A DNA stretch of 63,471 bases, filler included, from Saprolegnia diclina VS20 (lineage: Eukaryota), in assembly GCF_000281045.1 (NCBI RefSeq). It is 12 parts of 2 records of this genome, joined end to end, with 100 filler letters (N's around TTAATTAATTAA, not from the genome) between each part and the next. Parts side by side here need not be neighbours in the genome. Positions count along the whole stretch, not along the records: positions 1 to 15,326 come from NW_008246159.1; positions 15,427 to 26,055 come from NW_008246159.1; 10 more parts are not named here. The stretch is one strand, 5' to 3'. Positions 10,288 to 21,508 of this stretch are shown piece by piece; within the stretch, counting starts at the first letter, position 1, and every line of letters begins with the position of its first letter. The notes under the pieces were generated by a model that was given only the letters and a program-made list of their open reading frames with translations, did no database searches and was not told where the DNA came from. The position numbers and the translations under genes are program-made.

Positions 10288-11838
10288 ATGGCCAAGCACG
10301 ACGACGCCGCGTCGTCAGCCCCGTCCGGCACGACCAACACGAACCCGCCCAACCCGCTCTTTGGCCGCCAGCGCGACGATCTCTTTGCGTCCCACGAGCC
10401 CGAGGTCGCGTCGCGTCTCAAGCGCTGGTTCCTTGGTGCCCCCGGGCCGCTCTTTGGCGCGATTCTCGCGCTCATTTTGACGTACATCTTCAAGGACGTG
10501 CACATGCACATCACGGTCGCGCGGACGATCATTGCGATCGGGAACCTCTACTTCCGCGCAATGGAGTGCGTCGTCATGCCCCTCGCCTTCATCGACATCA
10601 TCCTCAACGTCGCTGAGTTTACCCACAGCTTTCGCACCCACCGGCTGCGCTGGCACACGCTCGGCCTCGCGCTCCTCACCACCGGCCTTGCGATCGGCCA
10701 AGCGTTCACGTGGGAGGCGCTGCTCGGTGCCGAGCTCGACGGTGCGCGCTACGTCTACATTGAGCTTCCGTTCATGGAGCTCAAGTGCCCGTCGGCCAAC
10801 AACGCGTCGCTGTACCTGCAGAGCGACCCTATCACGGGCCGCATGGCGTGCGGCGCTGAAGACAACTCGACGACGTTCTACATTGGCGATCACGTGTTTC
10901 CCGTCCTCCCGGGTCTCATTCGGCGCAAGGACTATGCGAACGCGGGCGACGAGCTCCAATCGGCGGTCGCGGATCTCATCCCGAGCAACATTTTTCAAGC
11001 ATTTATCGCGCACAACTTGCTGAGTTTGGCAACGTTTGCGCTCCTCATTGGTGTTGCGCTCGGCCTCTCGGGGAAGAACCAAGGGTCGGACGCAACCAAC
11101 CGGCTCCGGCACACGCTCGTCGAGGCCAGCGCGACGCTCGAGACGATGCTCTCGTACATCATCACGGTGACGCCCATTGCGATGGTGCCCATGATCACGG
11201 GCCCGATCTTTGCGCGCACACACACATTGAGCTCGGTCTTTCCGCGTCTCGGCATCTACGCCGGCGTGTACGTGGCCGGTGCCGCGATCCATACGTTTGT
11301 GATGCTGCCGCTCGTGTCGGCGATCTTTACGGCATCGAGTCCGCTTCGGTTTCTGCGGGCGACCAAAGAGGCCCTCTGGTACGGCTTTGGGTCGGGCTCG
11401 TCGCGCAAGACACTGCCCGTGACCATGCGCTGCTTGGACCCGCACGTCTCGAACCGTGTCGCGTGCCGCGCGGCCCTCAAGGTCGGCAACTGCTTCAACA
11501 AGAACGGTGGCGCCTTTCACATCGCACTGTCGCTTATCTGGATCTTCCACGACGCGGGGCTCAAGTTCATGCTGACGCCGGTCAAGATGGCGGTGATTGC
11601 AGTCTGCGCGCTCCTCGGCTCCATGTGCGTCGCGCCCGTCCGCAACGGCGCCGTGCCCGTCGTGATTGTCATCTTTACGACGCTGACCGACCTCCCGACT
11701 CCGTACGCGTACAGTTACCTCATGATTGCCGAGACGTTCATCGACCCGATCTCGACCGTCATGAACATCCTCGGAAACGCGGTCGTCGCTCATATTGTCG
11801 GTCGCCAAACGACCCCAACGACGATGTTTGCGATCTAG
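10288..11838 (+). CDS. DAACS/SLC1-like transporter, paralog 2
   Basis: ATG at 10288 (MAKHDD); GSGSSRKTLP, GNCFNKNG and DPISTVMNILGN motifs. Confidence 0.87.
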   Translation: MAKHDDAASSAPSGTTNTNPPNPLFGRQRDDLFASHEPEVASRLKRWFLGAPGPLFGAILALILTYIFKDVHMHITVARTIIAIGNLYFRAMECVVMPLAFIDIILNVAEFTHSFRTHRLRWHTLGLALLTTGLAIGQAFTWEALLGAELDGARYVYIELPFMELKCPSANNASLYLQSDPITGRMACGAEDNSTTFYIGDHVFPVLPGLIRRKDYANAGDELQSAVADLIPSNIFQAFIAHNLLSLATFALLIGVALGLSGKNQGSDATNRLRHTLVEASATLETMLSYIITVTPIAMVPMITGPIFARTHTLSSVFPRLGIYAGVYVAGAAIHTFVMLPLVSAIFTASSPLRFLRATKEALWYGFGSGSSRKTLPVTMRCLDPHVSNRVACRAALKVGNCFNKNGGAFHIALSLIWIFHDAGLKFMLTPVKMAVIAVCALLGSMCVAPVRNGAVPVVIVIFTTLTDLPTPYAYSYLMIAETFIDPISTVMNILGNAVVAHIVGRQTTPTTMFAI

Positions 11839-12513
11839 TACGTCGGTTGATCGGAGACTATAGAACGACGATATACACTGTGATTGCCACCGGGTGATTC
11901 ACACAAGGCATGTGGACGCCCCAACGGTTCATTGTAAGCGCAAGAGACACTATTTAAACCAATAAGAGGAACAAGAACGAATTGAAACTACACTGTATGA
12001 CACGTAGCGTTTGTCGTCGTGGAATTGCACCTAGAGGATGACCTTTCTATGCATATGACATGCGTCTTGCCTTCTTATTGTTCAGTGGCGCGACGTGGTG
12101 AGCTACGCACGCGATACATTGAGATGGACGGTCAGTAGAGGTCAGTCAGTAGAGGTCAATACGATGACGCGGCCTCCCAGCCGTCCATTTCCAGATGGCC
12201 GTTTCAAATTCACATGTCTGAAACGACGCCTTGTAGACGCGCCTCGTCGCGTGTTGGATCGTTTGATCGTGCATACGCATGTTGAATGATGATCGTCTTT
12301 GCCCTCGTAAACAGCTACAGACGGAGCTATTTACACCGTAGCATCATGGTACACCCTATCGACGCCATCTCGCTGGACGAGCGACGGCATCGAGAGCGTC
12401 ATCAATGGCCGGTACCGTTAACCCATGGCCGCGGCCACTTGGAATCCTATTGGATGCATTCACAAACTTTCATTTGATATTGCGTTAAAATAAGAAACTA
12501 TACACACAAACAC

Positions 12514-14076
12514 TCAAGCGGCCACGTGCAGATCCATCGAGCGCTTTTGATCCGCGACGATGTAGGCGACGACGACGTTGCCTGCAATGTTGGTCACGGT
12601 CGCTATCGGGTCGATGAGAAACTCGCCGACGAGTAAGAACGCAAAGGCAAATGGGATCGGGAGGCCCGTCACAAACGTGTAGAGACACACGACAATGCCG
12701 ACACCACCAGTTCGGATCGGCGGCACCGCGATCGCGCCGACGACAGCGCAGACCACCATGACGCCAACGGTCGTGGCCGTGAGCTCCTTGGCCAGACCGC
12801 CGTTGTAAAAGATCCAGAGAAACGCCATCGAGAGGTACATGGCCGCGCCGTTCTTGTTGAGAACAGTCCCGACCGAGAGCGCAAAGCGGGCCGTACTCGG
12901 GTTTGGTGCTTCACGGTCCACCGCGCGCATCGTCACGGGCAGCGCTTTCAGCGACGAGCTGCAGCCAAAGCCATAGATGGCCACATGCCGCAGCTTCCAG
13001 TAGTACGCAAACGGGTTGACGCGGGCGCAGAGCACGAGCAGCGCGGGCAAGACGACACAGACATGCAACACACTGCCACAAACATACGCAACCACGTAGT
13101 ACGCCAAGCGGAGCAGGTCGAAATCCATCGTGTGGGTACCCGCCAGGAGCGGCGCGAGGATGAGCGGGATGATGGCAACGGGTGTCGCGGCCGCCACGTA
13201 GCCGCTCATGGTCTGCAGTAGCCCGTTGAGCTCCCGAAGCACCTTCATGACGACGTTGCCCGACTCGGAGCGAGAGAGAAGCCCGGTCGCAACGCCAAAG
13301 ATGATGGCGAACATGACAATACCAATGACGTCGTTGGTGAAGAAGGCGGCAAAGAGGTTGCTCGGTGCGAGGTTTTGGATCAAGTGGACGACTTGGGCCG
13401 AGTCCGAGTCGTAGTGCATGTAGCGGCTAATGAGGCTCATGATCTTGTAGACGTTGTCACCGATAAGAAATGCGGTTTTCGCAGTCGCCGAAACCTTCTC
13501 GACGCAGTGCAGCGTGCCATCAGTTGACGGCAGTAGCAGCGACGTGGTGTTGGGGCAGTAGATCGAGAGAAGGCCTTGGCGGTACACGAATTCGCTGCCC
13601 GTGATATGGTCCCGGATCACATAAACACAGAGCATACCGGAGAGCGCCGCAAGCAGTGTCGAAAGAAAGAGCAGCCACATCATTTTGACGCGCACAAACA
13701 CCATTTTGGGCGTCTGGACGACCGCCGCGACGCTCAGCGCAATGCTCGTGAACGCCAAGGGCACGACGACGCACGTCATGGCGCGGAAGTAGAGGCACCC
13801 AATGTAGTACGTGTTCTTGCCCACAATGTAGACGGCGAGCGCCGCGTGGAGGCTCGGGATCGCTTGCACAAGCGCAAAGCAGCCGAGCGCGATCGCCGTG
13901 CCAAGGAGAATGCCGGGCGCGCCGTTGAGCCAGTTGCGCCAGCGTGACGACGTCTCGTGGTCTCTCTCGTCGTCGTCGTCGTCGTCGAGATGGTCGTGTC
14001 GCCCGCCGGCTTTGGGCGGTGCCGTGTCGGTCGAGGCGTAGAGCGAGCTCACCGAGTGGCGAAAGTGGTCCCGCAT
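12514..14076 (-). CDS. DAACS/SLC1-like transporter, paralog 3
   Basis: ATG at 14076 (MRDHF); GCSSSLKALP, GTVLNKNG and DPIATVTNIAGN motifs. Confidence 0.87.
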   Translation of the reverse strand: MRDHFRHSVSSLYASTDTAPPKAGGRHDHLDDDDDDERDHETSSRWRNWLNGAPGILLGTAIALGCFALVQAIPSLHAALAVYIVGKNTYYIGCLYFRAMTCVVVPLAFTSIALSVAAVVQTPKMVFVRVKMMWLLFLSTLLAALSGMLCVYVIRDHITGSEFVYRQGLLSIYCPNTTSLLLPSTDGTLHCVEKVSATAKTAFLIGDNVYKIMSLISRYMHYDSDSAQVVHLIQNLAPSNLFAAFFTNDVIGIVMFAIIFGVATGLLSRSESGNVVMKVLRELNGLLQTMSGYVAAATPVAIIPLILAPLLAGTHTMDFDLLRLAYYVVAYVCGSVLHVCVVLPALLVLCARVNPFAYYWKLRHVAIYGFGCSSSLKALPVTMRAVDREAPNPSTARFALSVGTVLNKNGAAMYLSMAFLWIFYNGGLAKELTATTVGVMVVCAVVGAIAVPPIRTGGVGIVVCLYTFVTGLPIPFAFAFLLVGEFLIDPIATVTNIAGNVVVAYIVADQKRSMDLHVAA

Positions 14077-15326
14077 GCTACGAGACAAAACAAAGAGTGT
14101 TCGAAATACACGACTGCACATGTACTGCAACAGCTGGTTCTGTGCGTTTGCAAGTTGACTCGGCGGCGACGACGATGGATCAAGCGACGCAACCGTGGAG
14201 GAACCACCGTGGAGGCGTCGTGAAATTGGGGTAACGGTAGGGAAGGGATGGCGGGGGGCGACTGGCGATCGTGCACCACTGTTTGATGCAATCCATTGTC
14301 GACATCTGATCCGAGATGCGTACGATGCGCAGGCAACATCAACGACGGCTTCGGGCAACATTGCGGGAAGAAGAGCGAGCGTTGGCACTTGACGCACTCG
14401 AGCTAGTTTGCCGCCGAGACTCGAGCGAAGCTCTATAGTACTAGTACAGCGCAAGATAGCCTTATCAAGTCGAGTGCTATGATCGAGCAACGCCCGATGA
14501 GCCCGCCCGATGGAGGCCATGCACGAACGTCTTCCAACAGATGTTGCTGCTCGCCAACCGACACCTGATGCACTTGCGCGCACAGCCGCCACGGATGCTG
14601 AACTAGGCTCTGTAGAGCAGACTGAGAAGCGTCTACGATAGCCGTCGCCAAGCGCGATATCGGATACCGGATACAACGAACGCAGCTTGGACAGGGTGTC
14701 TTTTGTTTCGAGCGGGAAGGCGGCGTCTCCATTGGCTACCACCATATGTCGCATCTGAGCTCGACGCGTCAGAAGTGGCGACATTTCCGCACAACGGTCT
14801 ACACAGAGTGCTCGTGAATCGGCCACACGCGACAACCACACTCTCTGCAGCCAAGATGCCCGAACGAAGCACTTTCTTCCTGGTTGAGCTGGAAGCGAGA
14901 GCTGGTAGAGGGCGACCAGCGAGCACGAATCTCCGCCCTACGTACCGGTACCGGTAGTCGGAACGTCGTGGAATGTCCCAGGGTGCGTCATTCACGAGGG
15001 TGACATAACGTAGCATCATCTCACGGCGCGTGCAATTCTGTGTAGCGTGCCGATGCTGGCGAATGCGGTGCCCATGTTATATGGTTTGAGCCTCGGTCGT
15101 CGTACCTTATAACGCGCGATATCAAGCGCGTGATGCGCCACAAGTGCTCGCTCATGGAACACGCTCGAACAACTTTGTACGCGGATGATGCAACGCATAC
15201 CCCAGCCTGTACTACGCGGTCAGCAATCCATCGGCATGTGTCACATGCTTCGGTATCGCGAGGCTCCAAAGCTGTCTCCAGATATGCAGTGGTACCCGCA
15301 CATACTTCGGCGTCAGCTCTCGGCGT

Positions 15327-15426
15327 NNNNNNNNNNNNNNNNNNNNNNNNNNNNNNNNNNNNNNNNNNNNTTAATTAATTAANNNNNNNNNNNNNNNNNN
15401 NNNNNNNNNNNNNNNNNNNNNNNNNN
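15327..15426. other. Artificial contig linker N44-TTAATTAATTAA-N44 (first of 11)
   Basis: Same 12-mer, with stops in all six frames, at 15371, 26100, 28148, 33612, 36232, 38621, 41587, 43799, 45150, 55969 and 61990, always flanked by N runs. Confidence 0.97.
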
Positions 15427-17047
15427 CATCTCGGTATTCTTGTTGCAGTGGCAAAATTTCAAAGACACGGGTCTCAGTGATTCGATGGTCATCTCGACGC
15501 CGTTCGGTCTCTCGTACAGTCTGCCTATCAGTGAGCGCCGAGGCATCGTGCACCTCGACTACCAGACGTCCCATCGCATGTATTGGGGACTCGCGAGCGA
15601 CCTCTGGGCCGTGAGCAATAATGCGACCTGCGCCGGTGGCTTGTCGCTCTTGCGCAACAGTCCCCACTTTGCCTTTGCGAATGCGACACGCGCGAGTTTG
15701 CTCTTTGAGAACCTGACGCTCTCGTCGCCGCTGAACGCTGGTTTGGCACTCTATGACACATCTCTGGGCCCATTTGGCGCTGTCGACATGGTGTACGTAA
15801 GCTGTCCAGCGTCGCTGCTTGCGCTCTACCGCTACGTTCTGCACACGATCGCGACTGCAACTAGCACCAACCTTGAAGCACAGGCGCACTTCCTTAATCT
15901 GCCGGCAAAGACATACATTGGTCAGCTGCCACAGGCTCTCCTCAATGATGCAAGTGTGCGCCTCGTGGGGGGTAACCTCATGTGCGGCAGTGACCTGCCG
16001 GAAACCACGCCTTCCAACGCCTTATTTGCTCTCTTTTCGATCGATACGGTGTGTGGCTGGGGGTACCGGGACTTCTTTACCCCATCTAGGACCGGTCTTG
16101 TCTTTGCCCTCGCGGGCTTTGACGCCGTCCATCGACTTCAGCCAAAGCTCGACTTCGCCGCTTTTTGTGCGAGTGATCTATACGCCGAGCCCAACTGCGA
16201 GGCCATCTACAGCGCGTCCTACACCTACGTAACAACCTACTTTCCAGATACAGCAACGCTCCAAGCATTGGCAGTTGCAGCCGAGACCGACACCCGATCT
16301 CTCTCGATTGAAATGACCCAGTACATCGACCGCAGCGGCGCTATCGAGCTGTACCGAATCAATATTCTGGATCCGACCGACCGCCCCTGGACGTTCTTTG
16401 GCTGGAACTATCTGGCCGAGTGGGTTGTCGGTCAGCGCGAAGTTGTCTCGTTTCAGGGCGATGGCGGCGCGGTCACGGCCATGTCCCACTACACGACCCT
16501 TTCAAGCCTTTCTCTCACGGAGGCTGCGATCCCGACACGCCTCTCGTACATCTGTCAGCAGTGCGTGCGGTACGTCACAGGCGCCATGATGGTGGGTGCG
16601 GGGGTTGCTGCCTACTACGCCATCTTTGTTTGCCGCGGCTACATTGAAGGTACAAACCTTTTTGAACTGAATCGGCTGGTTGGCCACGCGTGGATTGGTC
16701 GGACGCTGCTCATCATCCGAGGTATCACGGCGCTTTGGCTGCTCAACACACCGCCCTTGCAGCTCCTGGCATTTGGCGTCGGTGCTCGCTTTCAAGTGTC
16801 GGCGCCAGAATGGTTTCCGACTCTCCTGGCTTCGTCCGAGCTCACATGGCTGGTCTACATCACCAACGACCTCTTCAGCTGTGTCACACGGCAGTACACG
16901 CGATTGTATGCGTGGAAGAGCTCGGTCGCAGCGTGCTTGGTCGCGGCCGCCTGGTCGTTCATGGACCCCCGAGAGTACACTGCCTACGTGCGCCGAAGCT
17001 GCCGCTACGTCGACATGGATGTGGCTCTGAGCTGCACGAGCGGCTAC
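15427..17047 (+). CDS. Large multi-pass membrane protein of an expanded oomycete family (partial at both ends)
   Basis: Open reading frame between two gaps; LQWQNFK, GGNLMCG, FFGW..EWVVGQREVVSFQGD and NRLVGHAWIGRTLLIIRG; close paralog at 24604-26055. Confidence 0.8.
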
Positions 17048-17147
17048 NNNNNNNNNNNNNNNNNNNNNNNNNNNNNNNNNNNNNNNNNNNNNNNNNNNNN
17101 NNNNNNNNNNNNNNNNNNNNNNNNNNNNNNNNNNNNNNNNNNNNNNN

Positions 17148-18464
17148 CAGCTCGGGATCACCTATCGTCGCGTAGGTCTGCACACCGTTCAGAGTCAGCG
17201 AGAGACTCTGGCACGCGCCGACGGCACCGAGTAGCGAGTGCATTTCGTCAGCGTCCAACGCTCTGTTGCCGAGCGACAAATATGCATGAAGTGGCTTGGA
17301 TCGATTACTCTTGACCGTCAATGTGTGGACTAAAAGCAAGAGCTCGTGCTTGCTCTAGAGGTTGCGACCCAATCGGAACATCTCGAGCCCCCGCGCGATC
17401 CATTGGGGCAGCGCACCCGCCATAGCTTGGGCGCCGAGTTCGCCCACAGAGTCGGATGGTGTCTGCACGCACCGCAAGACGCGCGAGGTGCTCAGCCATT
17501 GCGCGACGAGTGGCATGTCGGCATCGGCAATGGTGCCAAAGAGTGTCACAAAGCGCAGGTTGGGGCAGCAGCCGGTGGCAATCCTCGGCCAATCGAGCGA
17601 GCCGTGCGTGAGTGAGAGACATTGAAGCGCACTGCAACGCCATAAATCAAAGGTGCCACTGCAGAGCACGTTGAGAAGCTTGGCTGGATCCGTCTTCTTG
17701 ATGAGGGGCTGCGCTGGCATTCCAACAGCGCAAAACTTGGTCACATGGTGTAGATCGCCTTTGGATGCCAGTAGCGCGTCGTGGATGCCTGCTGCGTTAC
17801 AAATCAGCGAGAGACGACGAAGCGACGGCGACGAGAGAATGGCTTGCGCCAATGGCATGCACTCGGCTGCGGAAGCGTACATGTACGATATGTCGACGGT
17901 GAGCGCGAAGAAGGGACACGCGGGCCGTGTCAAGGCGTCCACCCAGAGACCGGCGTTGGTCGCAGTAGACACAAGGAGGTCGGCGCTGTCAAGGTGTTGA
18001 CACAAAGCGAGGACCTCTTGCACGTGCGGAAGCAACGCGTTGGCGTTTCGGACCCAGACATGCCGGACACTACTGCCCCATGCGCGAGCAAACGCTAGCG
18101 TCGTGCGGTTGCACGACTTGAGAGGCATGTGCACGCTTGTCGTTCGCGGCAGTGGCGCCGAGAGCCATCGGAGGTTCGTGGCAGGGGCCACTGCGACGCG
18201 CGGGAAAGCGGCTAATGCGGCGATGCCCACGTTGATGTGGCGCTTTGGGATGTTTTGGAGGTTCAAGCACGGCCAGTGCTGCGTGAGGTCGATCGCCTGG
18301 TGGAGCTGGAGCAGCGCTGCGAGCGCCGGCGTTGGCTGCGGCAAGGCCGACACAAAGGCGACAACGTCGCGCAGGTCTGAGAGCCAATGCACGAGCTCGA
18401 GCGCCACGGCGTCGACGACCGTGTCGGCGGGCTGGTGCATCAGCATATTAGGGAGTGTGGTCAT
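17148..18464 (-). CDS. RNI-like/leucine-rich repeat protein (3' partial)
   Basis: Degenerate LxxLxL repeats. A probable 39-nt GT-AG intron near 17330-17368 joins the main ORF to the HTLTVKS... frame. Confidence 0.6.
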
Positions 18465-19182
18465 CTGGACTGCGTATGACAACTGCGCGACCATCATTCA
18501 GACACGCCGAGACCATCACGCACCGTGATGGCAACTACATTTGCATGGGTATTCCACATGTGCGCCTAAAGCGAGATCCAGGGAGTTGGCACTTGATTGT
18601 GGACGTGTGAGCTGCTTATGGAGAGCTTTCTCTCCTAGTGGACCACCGTGGGTTAGAGTTCGGTCGAGGTCGCACCACGCGCCCGTCGTTTCCAAGCGTC
18701 AAGGGTCGGAGAGCAAGACATGAGTTGGGATGTCGTCGAGGGCATGGTACGTTGTTGCCCCTACGGCTTTCTCCAATCGCCCACCTTCTCGGGCACGCTT
18801 GGCGGCACCGGCTTGGTCATTGGCTACGAAGTCACGCACGACTTCGTCGAGTCAGGGCGTCTTCTACAGCGACAGCAACGTGGGCGGCTGGTTGATGAGC
18901 CATTCAACAAGAAGGCCAAGCGCAATCTAAACTAAGTTTATATAAGGCCTTCCTAGTACAGCGCCTTTGATGTGCTTGGCGAAAGCTCGGGCGAGTCGCT
19001 TGAAAAGGCGAACGATGTCGATACCACACGCCGAGTCCAGTGTCGACGTGGGTATCCAAGCTTCAACAGTCAAAAATGCATAATCACAGCTCAGCTCACT
19101 CATCAACGGCCATCTCCAAAACCTGTTAAAACGAATACTGCAATTCAATGGTGGAGGTTCCGAGATTGCATTTCAGGAGCGC

Positions 19183-20301
19183 ATGGCAACCCCGTCCGCT
19201 GCCGAGGGCGTGCCAGCGGCCGTGGAGGCGCGCCACCGCTTCTTCGCCTGCGAGCTGGTGCAAGAGGCTGGCATCCTTCTCTCGCTGCCGCAGGTCGTGC
19301 TCGCGACAGGCCAAAGTCTTCTGCACCGCTTCTACGCCGGCCAGAGCCTCACGGACTTTGACGCCTTCCGTGTCGCAATGGGCTGCATCTTCCTCGCCGC
19401 CAAGGCCGAAGAGCAGCCGCGCCGGGTCAAAGACGTCATCCAGGTCTTCTTTCGCATGCGCAACCGCCGCATGGGCCTTCAGCCTATCTTGCTCATGCCG
19501 TCGGATCCGCGCTTCTCGCAGTGGAGCGACTACATCATCATGGTCGAGCGCCAGCTGCTCATCGAAGTCGGCTTCTCGATTGACGCAATGACTGAGCACC
19601 CGCACAAGTTTCTCTTGTACTACGTCAAGATCCTCGATGGCTCCAACGCGCTCGCGCAAAAGGCGTGGAACTACGTCAACGACAGCTTCCGCCTCGACCT
19701 CTGCCTCCGGTTCGACGCGCATGTGATTGCATGCGCGGCCATCTCGCTCGCGGCGCGTGTCCTTGGCGTACCGCTTCCGCTCAAGTGGGATGTCCTCCTC
19801 GAAGTCGACACGGCCGACGTCGACGTTGTCGCCCGCGAAATGCTCGCCGTGTACTCGTACCAACGCGTCCGCTGGATCGAACCTCTGACCGTCGTCAACC
19901 CTTATGAGGCGATCCGCGGCGAAGTGGCGGCCGCAGACGAGAGCGAGCTGGACGCGATGGCCACACCGCCTCCTGGCGCCGGGTCAGACGCAGACACCAA
20001 GACCAAGTCCGAGCAAGATGAGGTTGTCCCGGCGACTACCGAGGCGCCCTCCTTAGCACCGACCATTGACACAACGACACGAGACGAATCGAGTCCACGT
20101 GGCCGGTCGCTCTCCCCGCGTCGTGACGCAACTCGGGCACCGCGCGAGGCGAGTTGCAGCCGTGAACGCCGTCGCGAGTCAAGCCGCAGCCGTGGCCGTC
20201 GCCGCGACCCGAGTCGCGACCGACGACGGCATCGATCGCGCGACCGCCACGCCCGTCGTAGTCGTAGTCGCAGCCGTAGTAGTCGGCGGCGGTACCGATA
20301 G
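19183..20301 (+). CDS. Cyclin L-like protein with C-terminal RS domain
   Basis: GILLSLPQVVLATGQSLLHRF, FLAAKAEEQPRR, HPHKFL and AWNYVNDS motifs; RS-rich tail. Confidence 0.92.
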   Translation: MATPSAAEGVPAAVEARHRFFACELVQEAGILLSLPQVVLATGQSLLHRFYAGQSLTDFDAFRVAMGCIFLAAKAEEQPRRVKDVIQVFFRMRNRRMGLQPILLMPSDPRFSQWSDYIIMVERQLLIEVGFSIDAMTEHPHKFLLYYVKILDGSNALAQKAWNYVNDSFRLDLCLRFDAHVIACAAISLAARVLGVPLPLKWDVLLEVDTADVDVVAREMLAVYSYQRVRWIEPLTVVNPYEAIRGEVAAADESELDAMATPPPGAGSDADTKTKSEQDEVVPATTEAPSLAPTIDTTTRDESSPRGRSLSPRRDATRAPREASCSRERRRESSRSRGRRRDPSRDRRRHRSRDRHARRSRSRSRSSRRRYR

Positions 20302-20326
20302 ACGATGATGTAAAGCAGCAAATATA

Positions 20327-21508
20327 TTAGATGGACACGATGACGCCTGTTTCTCGCTTGGCCCGCGACTCGAACGAGCGCGCGAGGGCGGCGCCGGGGT
20401 TCTGCAGGTAGATCTTGGGGATGAACTTGATGTTGTCTTGGTTGATCTGGCCTTGCGCAATCTTCTGGGTCTTGATGCGGTACTTGCTCAGCGTGCTCGT
20501 GAACGCCGCGTTGCGGTAGAGCCCGAGACACTCGGTGCACGTCTGCCCGAGGCTCTGCACCTTGACGCAGTCGACCGAGAAGATGGTCGTGCCAATGATG
20601 TTCCACTTGCGCGTGCTAAACTCATATTGTTGAAACTCCAGGAGCTGCTGCGAACTCAGGTTCTTGAGCGACCGGAGGCCAAAGAGCGACTTGAGAATGT
20701 CTTCGCGCCGATTGCAGCCGCCAAACATGCGCGTCGCATTGGCACAGTAGGTGCGGATCTCGTCCGAGACGAGGCCCGCGCAGAGGTAGATCTTGGGCGC
20801 GTTGCTCGGCACGCGCGCGGCCTCGTGGACCTTGCCGTTGGTGCTCGGCATCTTTTCGTGGCAGCGCGTCATGTGCGTCTTGAGGTTCGCGAGGTTCAAG
20901 CGCGTGCTCGCAATCTTGATCGGTTTGCCGCAGTTCCAGCAGACGACGCTCACCTCGCGGTTCATGTGCGTGAGCTTGCAGTTGGGCACGTTGAACTTTT
21001 TGATGATTTGCCGCCGGACGCGGTCGATGAAGAGCGCGACCTTGTTGGCTTCGGAGATCGCGGCCTTGCTCGAGACGCGGCGCTTCTTGGTCGGGTCGAG
21101 CTCGGCGCTCGGCGCTGCGCGCACGCCGCATGTGCCCTTGCACCGTTCGAGGTGCGACTTGAGGCTCCGTAAGTGCAAATGACCCGTCGCAATCTTGATC
21201 ATCTTGCCGCACTGCCAGCACGTGATCGAGACGTCGCGACCCGTGTGGTGCAGCGTGCAGTCGGGCAGGCTAAAGCGGCTCAGCACTTGGCGTTTGATGT
21301 TGTCGACAAAGAGCACGATCTGGCTGTCCTCGGACAAGGACGCCTTGCTCGAGACGCGCCGGCGCTTCTCAGGTACGACGTCGCCCATGATCTCTTCCAT
21401 GGGCCGGCCGAGCGACGCCGGCGGTGCCACAAGCGGCGGTGACGACGGCAGTGAGAGGTCGTCCATGCGTGCCAACCCCGATTTTCGCAACTGACTTCTT
21501 GCCACCAT
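20327..21508 (-). CDS. Probable nuclear protein with two tandem NLS + C2HC (BED-like) zinc-finger modules and a Cys-containing C-terminal domain
   Basis: Duplicated approx. 75-aa unit K(K/R)RRVSSKA...CWxCGK.IKIA...LK.H..RC; strong coding codon bias. Start may be 21508 or 21466. Confidence 0.75.
   Translation of the reverse strand: MVARSQLRKSGLARMDDLSLPSSPPLVAPPASLGRPMEEIMGDVVPEKRRRVSSKASLSEDSQIVLFVDNIKRQVLSRFSLPDCTLHHTGRDVSITCWQCGKMIKIATGHLHLRSLKSHLERCKGTCGVRAAPSAELDPTKKRRVSSKAAISEANKVALFIDRVRRQIIKKFNVPNCKLTHMNREVSVVCWNCGKPIKIASTRLNLANLKTHMTRCHEKMPSTNGKVHEAARVPSNAPKIYLCAGLVSDEIRTYCANATRMFGGCNRREDILKSLFGLRSLKNLSSQQLLEFQQYEFSTRKWNIIGTTIFSVDCVKVQSLGQTCTECLGLYRNAAFTSTLSKYRIKTQKIAQGQINQDNIKFIPKIYLQNPGAALARSFESRAKRETGVIVSI

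Noticed and set aside
12130..12160. 14-bp tandem duplication GTCAGTAGAGGTCA
   Set aside because: An isolated slippage-type event with no further structure.
9892..14841. Long N-terminal extensions of DAACS paralogs 2 and 3 in the ORF track
   Set aside because: They begin at non-ATG codons and lack coding bias; paralog alignment supports ATGs at 10288 and 14076.
18660..18935. Short ORF faintly resembling a porin/VDAC strand pattern
   Set aside because: Too short and weak to support a call.
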